A DNA stretch of 58,962 nt, the filler included, from Sphacelaria rigidula (Eukaryota): the NCBI GenBank assembly GCA_964200075.2. It is 7 parts of 7 records of this genome, joined end to end, with 100 filler letters (N's around TTAATTAATTAA, not from the genome) between each part and the next. Parts side by side here need not be neighbours in the genome. Positions count along the whole stretch, not along the records: positions 33,752 to 42,088 come from CAXNAA020011474.1; positions 42,189 to 50,525 come from CAXNAA020011475.1; positions 50,626 to 58,962 come from CAXNAA020011476.1; 4 more parts are not named here. One strand, 5' to 3'. Position 1 is the stretch's first letter, and each line of letters opens with the position of its first letter. Positions 37,222 through 51,049 of this stretch are shown one piece after another. The notes under the pieces were generated by a model. The model was not told the origin of the DNA. It worked only from the letters and a program-made list of their open reading frames with translations, and did no database searches. Made by a program: the position numbers and the translations under genes.

Positions 37222-37824
37222 CTTGATCAAGGGGGGCAAACAAAGCGTCGCAATCAAAGCTCAACATTTCTCAAGAATTTTGAATGAGGAAACACATTGG
37301 TCGTCGAATGGCTCTTTTCGCTGAAAACTCAACGCAAATATGCGTGCTGGTATTTTTCGGGTGCGCATGATTCAGGATTTTCTCTGCAACCGTTCGAAGC
37401 GCTCCATGAAGCTTTGCTTTACACGTACCGCCCTGTGCAAAGGTGGCGCAATCGACGGAGGGGGTTCATGGAGATTCCGCTTTAAAATCGAAAACCACTT
37501 TGGGGCCAAAAACCCTGCAATGCGTCGTGACAGCCGTTTGTGAGCGCGAACAGTTACTGGTGATGTCATGTGCGTGGAGTGCGTAGCGGCTTTGCCAACG
37601 CGTTCAATAAAATCGGAATTTCTGCCTGTGACTGTGGGATACAACTACATCTGGAAAATGACAAAACACGCTGGTGCAATTGGCGCACTGCTTCTCCCTC
37701 CGCCTCTTGTTAGCTGATTTGAGAAGATGAACCGTGGGTTTTGATCGACGTAAACGAGACCGTCACGTAGCCATGTCGACGATCTGTCGATAATACACCT
37801 ACACCTCCCAAACCCGCCACGGTG

Positions 37825-37913
37825 TGCGCGTAACGACATTTGTGGTTCGCGACCTGGCATCCTCCTCTCCCTATCTAATCACACCTTCTCTCGTGGCCAT
37901 GTAATGTAGAGAT

Positions 37914-37945
<32 letters not shown>

Positions 37946-38330
37946 TTGCCCCCCTCGTGATTGCGAGCCTGGTCCGGCCAAAACCCGGCATGCTCCGTCC
38001 CGGCTCTGTAGGAATGTGAGGGCAATGGTCTCAGGACTACGGCATGCAAGATCATGGGTACACCCCCTCCCGACTACACATCTCCTCGCGGCCATGTATG
38101 TCGTGCCCGAATGTGGGAATGTGAAAGTAATTTTCCCTTCAGTAAAAACGGTAGGGCGGTCGCGTCACGTTTGTGGTTTGCGAACTGGCATTCCCCCCCT
38201 CCCCATCCGTAAACACGTTCCCTCGTGGCCATGTCATGTCGAAATTCGGAAAAAGTAGCAGAGATTCTCCCATTAACGCGTTTGTGGTTCCTGAGCTGGC
38301 GATCCCTACTCCATCCTACCACACCTTCTG
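37825..38330. repeat. Degenerate tandem repeat, interrupted by a poly-C run
   Basis: TTGTGGTT(C/T)GCGA(C/A)CTGGCAT variants at ~37840, ~38171, ~38282. TCG(T/C)GGCCATGT at ~37891, ~38086, ~38223. Confidence 0.6.
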
Positions 38331-40124
38331 TCACCTCCAAGGTAGCCGCCAACCAGCCCCTTTGGATATCTCAACCTGCTGTGTACACGTTGGAATTAGT
38401 AGCCTCAATCAACGTATGCGATCCTGCAGCCTACAGCGTGTGGTTGAGAGCAGCATTGCAATCATGACTGAACTTGAAGCTCGAGGCTTGAACCGACCTC
38501 GCTGAAGGCGTAAACGGCGGTGCTACAAGATGCCGCCTGCGTGCGACGCTGAGGACGCGAAGGAGTCGGCGACTGATCTCAAGACCTTGATCAGGAAGCG
38601 CTTCGAGATGAAAAATATTTCCGGTTTCGACCGCACCTCTTATTTTCCCCCGTTGTTTCCTTCCCTTGACTGTCGTACCGTCATTTTTCGACCCGAGACG
38701 TGACTTCTCCCATTTTGTTTCTTTTCTTCAGTTTTCGTTCGATCTTCCATCAGCCGCGGGTCTGTTTATTCCCAATTTGCTCAATTTATTTTTTATTTTT
38801 TTATCCATTTTGTCTACCCGTGGCCGACCCCGCCAAAGCAAGCAAAAACCCACCCCAACCAAACAATCCTCCCCAATCAAGCATATATTCGGTATATATA
38901 TTGATGATACATACCCCTCGATTTTCTTTAGTTTCACGTATCGCCACCAACGCTATCGGGAAACAGTTCCGCGTACAGCGGTGGACTGGCTGTGGCTACT
39001 TGTTGGCGTGTCAGTTGTCGAGCGCGAGTGTCTGTAGGTGCCGGGGCATGCGTTGAAATGTCGAGCAAGCGTTTCGAACGATGGTATATAACATCGGTTG
39101 ACCTTTTCCCTGATCGGTGGGCCACTTTTTGCGGCGTATTCTTACTGAAAATTGTCAAGTCCGTTCTCGTCATCTGGCAGCAAGTGAAGGAAGTAGGAAC
39201 ACAAAACTACGTTGACCTATCCGATCGGATTTTTTGCAATTTTGTCGCTTGATTTTATTTGCCAAAATGATCCCTAAGACAGGATGAGCCCTCTTCGTCT
39301 CATGCTTTTGTGGATTTCATCCCCTTCGCCCTCGGGTGCCAAAACCTTCCAGATGGACTCCTGGTGGAGGACTGATTACAGTACTTCACGTTCAAAGTGG
39401 GATATTTGGTCATTCCTTTGTAATTGGCGATTCTCCCAGGTTTTTCCGGTAGCCACCGCTCATCACATTGGGGATCTGGAGATACTAGTATCCGCTTCGC
39501 ATTCCAAACAAAAAATCATCTGTATTCAACATTGGGTGACTTACGGGCTGACCGGTCATCGGGGGTCTCGCCACTTTTCAGCCCCACATTCCGACTCTTC
39601 GATATTCTCGGTCTATCGAGCCTGTCCCGATCGTATTTGTGAAGGAATGAGAACGCGTTTTCTCTTATTCAATTTTCAACCTAGTCATTACACTAGAGCC
39701 AAAAAACTGCGTTTCACGTTAAAAAACCCCTCCTGATGAACGGGGTATTTACTCGTATCGCCGATACTACAAACCAACACTAACTTGGGCACTGTGTTGT
39801 GAGGACGGTCTGTTTATTGTACCAAAATCTACCGACGCGAATACTTTCGGGTTCTATCGAAGAGTAGTACGCGAGAAAATCCCCAACGCAATCCGTGCTA
39901 CTTTCAACTCGAGGTACTACATATATGAAACAACTACTTTGGTGAAGCAATGTGCATGTGCAAGCGGTGAAGGATCACGGGTTACGCTGTTGCCATTACG
40001 GGACCGTGCTCGCAGTGGGGGGGGTCGTCATCTACGCATTCATCGTCAGGGTTTCCGCCGTCGAGGGTCGGTCCGCGAAATCGTTCTGAAAGGGGGGCTA
40101 GCGCACACGAGGTTACGATGCGTT

Positions 40125-41607
40125 CACAGGCACCGTAAGTAAGGTACCGTACGGAGCGTGCCCCTGGTATTTACCGTGGTACGCGTGGGTATCGCAGGTA
40201 TGAGTTTTCAAAATGCCGGATTGGGCGTGTACGGTAGGTATTGAAATGTCAAAATACCCTAATATCGTAGGTATCTCAGGTATGAGTTTTCAAACTACCG
40301 GATTGGGCGGATACGGTAGGTATTGAAATCTCGAAATACCCTGATATCGTAGGTATGACATTTGAAAATACCGGACTGGGTCGGTATCGGTAGGGTATGA
40401 TATGCCCCAAATACCGGTACTGGGTACCTGCCTTACCCTCTATACCGAATTCAAAACTGTCATCTGCCAGTACGAAGTGTTTCAGATCTGGGTGCAAGTT
40501 GAGCAGTCGAAGTTTTTGTGTGCCCCAGGTTGGAAGTCGCCACCCACCCGAACACAGTGCACCCCGCACCGAGGGAGAGAACGAGAGCCAGGGGGAATGG
40601 CAGCTGACGCGATATCCCTGCACCCATATACTATTGGAGCGATGCGAGTAGCATGTTATTTGGCTGAGTTTTGTTTTCGTTCTCTACGTGCAGTACGTTA
40701 AACTCTTCTTCCCTGCTGCTGTCGGACATCTGCATTTTTATTTTATTTTATACTCTCCGCCCTGATGACAGCTGGGTTTGTTGTAATCAGCTGGCAGGGT
40801 TAGACACCCAATCCATAGATCGATCATGGGTACCGCGTGGTGATTTTCGTGGTCGTTGACGCGGGTGCAGAGACGGAAGCGCGCTGAAAATAGTGCAGCA
40901 GTATGTGCCAAGTTGAAATTGAATGATTCGATTTTCATTTCGAGGAGGTAGGGCCGTAATTCCTGGCACCGACGTATTGCAGTAGTACGTGAGAGCAGGT
41001 GTAGTAGTACGCAACAGTAGGGTTTGCCCCTCAATGTGTAGTTGCATTTTTTAGTTCAGAGCACCCGGCAATTTCGCAGTATTTACGGTAAAGTGATATG
41101 GAAGGTTATTTAATTGGTATTTTGGCACATTGTTGAGCATATTGTATGCCTCCTGCGACCCCTCGTTTTATCTTGTTTTTCCTCATTTTCGTTTTCTTCT
41201 GCGTGTTTGCTTGCACGTGCAATTTTATTGCGTAGGATCCTCATCTTCGACATGGAACAATGTATACCTTCAAATGATGATCTAATATTTATATCCGCAC
41301 ACCAAAAACATCAGACGACACAGGAATGATTCATTCGATTTGGGTCAAACACAAAAATCAGGGGGTATCTAGGTATTAATTACTTGTCAAAACAAGACGT
41401 GCCGGCTCCGACAACTTCTGTCCTCAGCGTGAGTTGGCACCAGCTGTTGCATCGTGAGGAGTGCATCGCGTTCGGTTAATACCGGGGGTAGCCCCAGTAT
41501 TCACCGGGGTATCCCATACCGTGGTATGCGTAGGTATCGTAGGTATGAGATTTNNNNNNNNNNCCAAATACCGGTACCGGGTACCTACCTTACCTACGGT
41601 GCCTGTG
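40125..41607. mobile_element. Non-autonomous DNA transposon with 8-bp TSD (hAT-like), ~1.48 kb including a 10-N gap
   Basis: TIR CACAGGCACCGTA(A/G)GTAAGGTA at both ends. TSD GATGCGTT (40117-40124) / GATGCGTC (41608-41615). ~80-bp tandem ATCGTAGGTAT-rich subterminal repeats at 40190-40400. Confidence 0.88.
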
Positions 41608-44600
41608 GATGCGTCTGTGGGTTAATTTTTCTCACAGGTGCAAGCACAAAGAGGAGATGCCTAGACACGAATGTCAATGCATTGCAATGTCCCCGCAGTT
41701 ATAAACGTGTGTTGGTCATAGAACACCCACCCCGAAAAATACCACAACTCGCACACACTACACTGTTCCGAGTTATGTGCATAGCCCGCGTACTGTACTG
41801 GCACAGCAGTGCATGCGCGGCGGTGCAAACTGTCATCTACCATCAACCGTATGCAGACAGTATAGACTGCACCGTCTGTACTGCACCTTGTTAACTTTTT
41901 GAGCACAACAGTACAGTACATATGGTTGGGCATATCCCGCAGGGCCGTCAGCCGAAATGCTGTACCGAAATAGGACCGGGCGCTTTTTGAAAGGATTCAA
42001 GGGATTACCATCCCTGTGTTCATGTAAGACCCACTTTAATGGCAAGCACGAATCTTGATTTTTTCAAAATCGGGGAACGCATTTTATGNNNNNNNNNNNN
42101 NNNNNNNNNNNNNNNNNNNNNNNNNNNNNNNNTTAATTAATTAANNNNNNNNNNNNNNNNNNNNNNNNNNNNNNNNNNNNNNNNNNNNCTGGTCCCGTGT
42201 ACACCGCATTCGTTGGGTGCACCTATCCACAGATGCTCAACTGCTGCGGACATGTGGGGGGGGGACATGGCTTCGCTCGGTCGCAAGTGTTTTGCGTCTT
42301 CCCTGCAAGAGAGAAATGCCACTTCAACCCCATATTTTGTATCAACCCCATTTTCTAGGATCCACTGTTCTTAGGTATAGGAATGACTAGACATGGGGTT
42401 TAATCAACGAGAAAATATGGGCCCGAAAGTTTGAGCAGATGAGCATATTCCCCTCGGTTAGACAATTGATACAATATGCGGATCATGGCCTAACTCGTTC
42501 GTCTCGACGAGATATTGCTTTGAGAGCTCAAATCCGTGTCTAGGCTGGCCCAGCTCGTACTATCGGTCCAACATTCAAAACGCAATATCCCATAAACATC
42601 ATTATTCCCATAAAACCGCGACAAAGAGCCAAAATACGTTTGTATTTGATTACCGCGCTCACTGTAGAGGGAATCCTCGGGCGTTTGGTACGATACAACC
42701 GTCAGCACGCTCTTTTCAATGTTCGCCCAGTAACGGCAGGAATGGAAGCCACGTTAGCTATTGTTTAACCCCCATACTCCCCAGCGGCATCGGGAGTGGT
42801 AGGCACTAATGCATATCTCTAACATCAGCCAGCTTTATCGGCAGTGTCCCTTCATATTTTCAGACGCACAATAGCTGAATGCGTGCGCAGTGGTCGTTTT
42901 GATTCCCTGAAGACAAAGTGTGGCTAGCAGCGTGCATGATACTTTTGCCCCCACCTGAGTTGCCAGTGAATGCGCCCGAAGCTGTATCTGCAGACACTCC
43001 TTCTTTTTGCGGGTGATTCTGGGATGTCCAGGCGTTTTTTTTACGAAGGGGTGCATACGTGGGGAGTGCTACCGCTTGTGAAGCATCAGCTGGTATCACG
43101 TCGGGATGAGGTAAGAAACGAGTCGGAACCTTAGGTGGGCGTTTTCTCAATTTCTTCAGATGGCACGGTTCTGATTTGTTCAAATAATCTCAAGGAGTAG
43201 TATGCAGACACGCGGGGGAATGGCCTCATCAGACAACTAACCGTTGGATGCTCATGAGCGAATTCAATCGGACGACCGAGGACTTCTGGCAATAATCAGA
43301 CACAGAAAAAACACAAAGACATTCACATCGTGATCCCTAGACTGTGACTACACCTAGACGTGGTCCGTTATCTGAAAAACACGCAGATCATGTGCAGTCA
43401 AGCATCATTGTACATCGTACCCATGACAATACGAAGCAATACGGTGGGGGGGGGGGGAATTGTGGGACCCGGGAATGCACCATTCAGTGGTGCTATTAGG
43501 GTGTGCTATACGACGTACCCAGATACGGTACTGTAGATACAGACATGGTGCTAAAATCGGCGAAAGTCTAAGCCCGGGAGTATTACTCGCGGGGGGAAGG
43601 GGAAAGGGCTTCACGCGTGGGTATTTATCATCCAACATACGGAAGTATCAACACTGCCATTTCGCACACAAATTCACGACTTCCTGGCAATATGCCGTGC
43701 GCAATTGGCCGGTGGAAGCAATCGAGCCGAACGTGTGGACATTTCACGTCGTAATCCCGGACAGCCGCGACGAGCTGTGGTGACTTACTCGGCCTGTAAA
43801 TGCCTGAGTTCGACGGCGGCCTTCCTCCTCTCTTCAGCTTCGACTCGAAATGCGTCCAAATTATCTCCTGGTTTGTCACAGCACCGACGACGACTGTGAT
43901 ATGAGGTGTGTTGCTGTTCAAAAATGCGCCGGTCTGCAGGTGCCACAATCGTTCCTGTATTCCCTGAGTCGTGTCAGCGAACAAAACGTACAACCACCTA
44001 GATTTTTACCAAGGTCGTGGAGGAAAACGTTGTTGAATTTATTGTCCGTACCCGCTGCGGTGTTAGCAAAACTACGGCAGGGGAAAGGCTATCTCGATGC
44101 ACCTAGGTTCACCAGTCAAGTGGTACATGAACACTACTGCACGTCAACACTATTGTAGATTGAGCGGATTTCGAGGGTCTGGGTCGCAACTGTAACACTT
44201 CTTTTTTGGTTTCTGCCGTCCGAAAACGTGAGAATGAGAGCTGCCAAAGAGATTTGAGTTCGATGAATATCTACGGAGTGCGAGTGAGGTCATCATTCAA
44301 CGTTCGATCGTAGAGTGCGAGGTAGGTGCTGAATGGCAGACGGGCTGATCCTTGAGACTGCGCACTCGTCAGCCGGGAGGGTGGGGTGTGTATAGAAAAT
44401 GATGGCAATGAACAAGAGGGAAAAAGAATGCTCGCAGCGCTCAGCGTGGTGTCTGTACAACATCATCAAAATATGCCCCCTGTGCCGTCATGGGACTCCA
44501 CCCACCTAACTCAATCACTTCGGTTTTGATGCGCGTCGCGTTCTGCTTCCGATTCTCGACTCCGCGTCGAATCTTCGCTGTTCGCTCGTCCTTCCAAGAA

Positions 44601-44891
44601 TCCAAGAACAACGTGACCGTGAATGCAAACGCGGCTTTGAATGTGAACACTCATGGTTATGCGTCATATTCCATAGCGTGTCTCTTCAGTAACGAGTGCC
44701 TATTCAGCTTGAATGTATCAGGCGTTGACTGATTCAAAGACGGCAAGGTACAAACTTATCTCCCCTCCCCCGCTCCATCCGCACCACATGGATCCTGCTC
44801 ACTCCTTATAATATTTCTCTCCATTCTGTCACAAAAATGGAAAAATATTCAAATACCCAGCATTGGACTGATGCAATTTTCGAAAGACGCC

Positions 44892-45571
44892 TAGGGCAGG
44901 ATGGAGCCCGAGTAGGAGTAATTTGGCGTTTTCGATATTCCACGTACGCTGGAGTACTCGATACTTTCCATACTTTGGAGCACTCGGTATTTCCTAGGCG
45001 GAACGTACTCCGGGTGCTTCAAAACACTCGATATTTTCGGCGATCCGGTACTCCATGTACTCTGATATACTTACTTCTTTCGGCGATCGGGCACTTCAGT
45101 CACTCCAGAATACTCGGTACTTTCGGCACTCGAGCCGTACTTCGATGAAGGAAGGTATTTTGGTCCATTTCTTCCGCGAAATTCCACTTCAAATCGTCGT
45201 TGAAAGCAGCAACGGTTGTCCCAACGCAGTTAGTTACCGATAATTATCGCTCATTCATACTACCAACGTTTTTACCCCTAAAAAAGCGCACCGCGAGTGT
45301 GTTAGGTGGTCGGACACACCCGTAAGCCCTTTCTTTCGCGAAATCAAACACCCCCTCTCCTCTATCGTAACATGACTCAGTCGAGTACTCCGAACACTCT
45401 GGAATATTCGGTACCTACGACAGTCAGTATTCTACATACTCTGGAACATTCGTTTCTTTGGAAGAGCTAGCACTGCAGGTACTTCGTGATACTCAGTGTT
45501 TTCGGCAATCGGGTACTTTATGGACTCTGGAGTACCAAGTATGGGGGATAGTCTAAAAGTACTCTGCCGTA
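44892..45571. repeat. Degenerate TIR-element remnant with GAGTACTC-type subterminal repeats
   Basis: Many ACTCG(G/A)TA(C/T)TTT / GAGTAC motifs near both ends. Short TA(G/C)GGCAG inverted termini. No TSD. Confidence 0.4.
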
Positions 45572-47669
45572 AGCACATTTGGAAACTTCTCAGGGACTCA
45601 TCCACGCGTGTAGGTGGTCCTCTTCTCTTCATGCTGCTTCCCTCATCCCGACGGGTTTAATTTTATTCTACTTCTGATTGATTACCGCCCTACAAAAATG
45701 AAAAAAACACATGTACTGCTATCCTTCATGCGGTGTACAGTGCTGTAGATCTAGATTCGGACGGTAGTTTCCTCTGCCCCCCTCATTTTATCATCGGCTT
45801 GAAATCTGCACCCCAAAATACCTAACGTAGGTTTTTCGGGGGTCGTTTACGTGTTTTGAATTCGAAACGCATCAGAAGGTTCTCCGCTAAACGAGAGCGA
45901 ATCTAATGGCGGTTACGTTGTGTTTCCGCGGGATACAACACCTGCATTCGATTCGCAGCTTCGGCCATATCCTTGAATATTTTGGCTTGTCCTTCGCTCG
46001 CGAAACTGCCAGCTTGCCTGGCGATTATTCCGTTCACTTTGCGGGTCTTGTTGCACAGGTTTTTACGAAGCGTAGGAAGCTCCTTCCTTGCTCTGTGGAA
46101 TATATAGTGGTGTGTTGGTCATTGTCCATTGTCATTCTGCTGACTGTCATGATTCGTGACTTTTGATTTGTTCGCTTCGCTTCATGTCGCATCGTTCCGT
46201 TCTCCATTTAGTCCGATTGTGTCTTGTTTGGTGTTGCTCCGTTATTCTAACCTTATCCTTGTGTGGATACTGCTTGCGTTTCGATAATGAGGAAGATATT
46301 TTACCATGGTGGTAAAGAGGGTTTCTGATCATCTCCATCCGCCAGAAACATTTTTTTTCACGGTCGTGTCCAAGAAAAGATTTGCAGCCGAGTGATTGTT
46401 GTGTTCTCGGTCCTCACTTACGTGAGCGCTTCTTGCACCATAGCGTCGAAGGCCTGTTCCTGGTAGGCAACGTTGAGATCGTGCAGTGTAGTTCTGAAGG
46501 CATTTTCGAGCTCGTTACGGACGTTGAAGAGGTTGCGCTTCAGTGCGTCCATCTCTCGTGCGTTCTCGATTTTCTGTAAGATCGGGTCGCGGACATTTGT
46601 TTTATGTTGATTCGGTGCATTGTACGACACGGCGTCAGCCATTTGATCGTCAAAATGTCTCTCATCTTTACCCAGTTGGAACCTGTTCCGATACAGAGAG
46701 GGACTCCCTACATTTAGCCAAACCTCGGTCAAGGTCATACCTGGTTTCTCTTTCGACGACATTCCCTACGGAGGGAAGTGTTCCCACGTAGGACTGTGTA
46801 TGTTAATGTTACACTCCTCATATTTTCATTCTGCCGGGGGGGGCACTTCTGGAAATGTCTTTGTCCTTGATGGAAAGAGTGTCCGGAAAAAGGATTCCTT
46901 ACCCGAGGTCGACTGTACTATAAGATTACCCCGTACATGCCAGGTGCACCTCAGGCAATGTCTCTGGCTACTGACTACTGATCACGACCAATTTTTCCCT
47001 CTCGCTGGGGTAGCATTCCGTGGCTGCCGCCACGACTGGTTTAGTGGCGTGGCTTTACGTTTTCCATCTACGGCGGATGCTTCGTTTCTCTGGTGTGTAT
47101 GGTGTTGGCGGTAACACGACGCATTGTTACCGTCTCGCTGCGCTCTAATCTAAAGATCCCTTTCTGGTTCAGCACCTACCACAGACTACAGTTGTTTGTA
47201 AAGCTGGAGTGAGGTAATCTTGGGATACTTTTCCTTGAATGTAGTCTTGATCACGTAGTTTTCATCCACACAATCCCTCTGTGTGGACACAGCACTCTTT
47301 TCTGAAATTTTGAAACCGTGGAAGCAGAATTCCCGCGTAACCTGCAACTACTGTCTATCAGTTTCTCCTGAGAACCTGGCTCATCTATCGTGTAGCTGTT
47401 GACGCTGACCTCTATCAGACCCCTCGTCTTCTACGGGGTGTGTAATAGGCCACGTTATCCAGGCTGCCATGTTAATACAGGTGGGTAAACGACAAAAAAG
47501 ACAGTAGCCAATGTTCAGAAGCAGCATCTACTATTATAACAGAGGTGATATTGCATGCGTTTGCAACAGGCAGTACCGGTTGACTGTACGTACTGTAGCC
47601 TCTTCTATAGATATAGCTTCTGTGGAGTGGTGTCTCCTAGCTTCTGAGCATACACCACGCGCGCGCGCG

Positions 47670-47677
47670 CACACACA

Positions 47678-47732
<55 letters not shown>
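47670..47732. repeat. (CA)n microsatellite preceded by (CG)n
   Basis: Seen directly. Confidence 0.97.
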
Positions 47733-47734
<2 letters not shown>

Positions 47735-48892
47735 CCTTTTCGTCGTCAATGCGAAGGGCTGCTAGGCGCTCGGACATCCTCAGGTGCTCACGTTCTGAAT
47801 GAGAATTACGCAGACAAGCCAGAACAACACAACAGGGAGGGGCGGCATCTATTGGAGTTGTATTTTTTTCTTGCCACGTTGAGGGTGGATTGGGGTTCGG
47901 ATGCGCTTACGAAAGCATGTTGAAAATCCCTCCGTGAGTGTTTCGCCTATGTAGAGAGCTGCGTAGAAAACACGCGGGCTTGTACCTCAACTGTCATATC
48001 CCGTTGCAGTGCAGAAGAAAGTATATAGGTCAGGTAGACAAGAAGATATGCCTCGCAAACTAAATTACTGAAGGTCATTCTTGAGGCAGGTCTGCGTTCA
48101 AGGTGGCGGTTCGGCTAGAGTTGGCTGGACGGTGAGGGCTACTGCTCACACATGGTCAGAAGGGGGTGTCTTAAGGCGCATAGCGTAGTACAACAAACAC
48201 CGACACTATGGGGAGATTCGTGGATGTGCGTACGACACGTTTCGACGTTGTGTTAGGGTCACCTAATGTGAGTAGAATGCATGCACACTGCAAAATTTGA
48301 CCCTTACATCGCGAGGGTAATCCATCTGGATCCTGCATAATTTGTTTAGAGTGAAATGATGCTGATTCAACAGATTATCTACTCTCGCTGTCTAAGGCGT
48401 ACGGCATGATCTGAGGGTTACGACACGGACGTTTGTAATACGCGCCTCCAGGTAAATCTCAACGGATCCACGGCCACTCACGTTCCCGTATTCTGACAGA
48501 GGCGAGGTCAGGCTTTGCGCTAGGGCTTGGGTTACGACTAAACGTCGCTTCGGGCGCTAGGGTTATTCCATGAGTTCGTGAACATTTAGCATAGAGTTGT
48601 GGGCAAGGCTTGAGGTGAGGACTGGGGTATCCTATAATTTGCCATTTTGTTTTTATGATCATATTTCCACCCACTTTTCCCTCTTCACGATGAGCTCATA
48701 GTCGCGAGGGATGAGGACATATCTTTCCCGGTACCTACCTTGCGATTCATTATCGAGCATTGGATGATGGATGATGGCCATTCCCGCAGTCCGTCAACTT
48801 TCATCGATTTATTGGTTGACTCACGGCCTCACTCTTCTCGCGACAGAAATCAGTGAATCACACCAATTCTATTGGGATTATCGCCCGCTGAT

Positions 48893-49310
48893 AACAGCCG
48901 ATCATCGAAATTGAGAATGGTTTCATTGAGGATGAGAACCCAGAGGATTAAGATTTTCATATCCACACCAAATCTTCGAAATACAGTTCCATTCTTTCAC
49001 CTACTGATAGCTATTGACAACTGCTACACGTCCTGCAAATTTGGATTTCGATAACCAAAATGTTGGGATCGTGGATTAAGAAAAAAAATGGGAATTCAGG
49101 TGATCCGATCGGACGTGGTTTCTCACCTAGGACCCCGACATTTCGGTTATCGAAATCACAACTTGTATGCCGTGCAGTAGTTGTCAATAGCTACCAGTAG
49201 GTCAAATAATGGAACCATATTCCGAAGATTTCGTGTGGATACGAAGATTTTAACCCTCCGGGTTCTCATCCCCAATAAAAAGCCATCCTCGATTTCGATG
49301 ATCGGCTGTT
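48893..49310. mobile_element. Fold-back MITE (~178-bp arms) with 4-bp TGAT flanking duplication
   Basis: AACAGCCGATCATCGAAAT...GATTTCGATAACC (48893-49070) is mirrored at 49131-49310. TGAT at 48889-48892 and 49311-49314. Confidence 0.88.
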
Positions 49311-49896
49311 TGATGGACCACTCTGACCACCCGTTGCCCCTCTCAAACTGATCGTTGATACCACTTTGACCGCCCAGGTGTGGCGACACTCCTGCGTACC
49401 GATCACGTCTGATGAGGACACAATACGCTCCAACTCAGCGCGCTTTTCCTCCCTGTTTTGGACCTCTCGCCGTTCTATCGCCGTCAGGTGCATGAACTCT
49501 TCTCGTTGGTCACTAACTCTCTCCTGACAGAGGAGAAGACGGACATCCAAGGGAAAAAACGCGACGCTGGTGTGCGTGTCTTGTCACAGCACTCTTGAAG
49601 TTATCCATGCGATTTGACAAAATCATGGATGTTGTAAGTCTGTTGATCGAGCCGTTCAACGGTGGGGTAATCCAGGTTGGGCGTTTGATCCGTTGTCAAA
49701 ATCCGCGTTTTCGTTGGCTCACCTTTCATTCGTGTCTACACACGAAAAAGTTACCACCGGTAGTGGTCGTCTTGTTAGCAGTCACGACGCTGTTTTTACC
49801 GAAAAGGAGTTAATACTGCAGGGAGAATGAATGAGTGGCGATTCACAGCTTTTCTGCTTTCGACAGAAAGACGGGTGATTCGGCCTGCTGTATGGG

Positions 49897-50054
49897 GATG
49901 CACGGAGTGTTCAGTTGCCTGCACATGCCTCGATAAACCGTGATTTCGACCACGATTACGTGCGTATGATGATGACAACGAATATGGGTGGGAAAATGTG
50001 GTCGAAATCACGGTTTATCGAGGCATGTGCAGGCAACTGAACACTCCGTGCATC
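49897..50054. repeat. Perfect 57-bp inverted repeat with 44-nt loop
   Basis: 49897-49953 is the exact reverse complement of 49998-50054. Confidence 0.95.
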
Positions 50055-50626
50055 TATTTTTAGTCGTACTTGAATCGATTCAACGGCTTAGTTGACCCCG
50101 TGGCTCCTCGAGATAATATCCGTTTAACCCTCTAGATATCACCGCTTGGCTTTGCAATATTTCTAAAAGTAATAATGCATGGGCACTACAACACCCCAAA
50201 ATGCTTCGTGGTCAAAAAGGAGCACTGTACGCGAGGGGAAACACGCAGGTAGTCATGAAGATTGCCCAAACGTTTGGGCAGGCACCTGTACTCACCTCGT
50301 GCTCTGCCTTCATGTGCTTGATGGCGGCTTTTGTAGCTGCGATATGTCGCAGAGTTGCAGCACACTCACGGCTAAGGCGCTCGCGTATCTAGGTACCATA
50401 AGAGAGGGTTCGGCACGCGAACGCGGCGCCACAGACGATGCAACACAAGGTAACATTGCACTGTTGAGACGAATCATCACGGGTTCGAATCACCAAATCC
50501 ACGATTTCTTCGGCCTGATTGCCCGNNNNNNNNNNNNNNNNNNNNNNNNNNNNNNNNNNNNNNNNNNNNTTAATTAATTAANNNNNNNNNNNNNNNNNNN
50601 NNNNNNNNNNNNNNNNNNNNNNNNNC

Positions 50627-50747
50627 ACCATCATGGTTACCGCAAAAAAAACGCAAGCGGGCAAAAAAAAACGGTAACCTGGTTGCCAATCTTACGCAGT
50701 GATTGGCGTGTTTTATAGCGCCAACACCAACTGACGCCAACCCCATC
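50627..50747. repeat. Dispersed repeat family A, copy 3 (partial)
   Basis: Direct match to 262-381. Confidence 0.85.
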
Positions 50748-51049
50748 GGAGGTCCGCCCCAACAAAGCCGGGACGGAGCACGCCGGGTTCTCGCCGGACC
50801 GGGCTGGGGGGGAGGGCGAGGGTTCAACCCCGATCCCCTCAACGCAACATCTATCTGGACGTTTCCAGTTCATAGACATCAATTGTGGAAGCTTTCGCTA
50901 GCGAAACCTGATCCCCCTTGAGATATACATGTCGATGTCTCAACGTGATGGTGAACGGTTCATGATATCCACTTACATCCCCACGCACCCCGAGCAGGCC
51001 CTGGCCTTCCCGGATACAGCAGGAGCACCTTGTTTGCAATGAAACTCAC

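Noticed and set aside
42860-43183. P-loop protein from GNSGGGKS
   Set aside because: Isolated Walker-A-like match in a short ORF with no Walker B or exon support.
46418-47330. Gag/ORF1-like coding remnant on the minus strand
   Set aside because: Stop-interrupted with no diagnostic motif, so it cannot be assigned.
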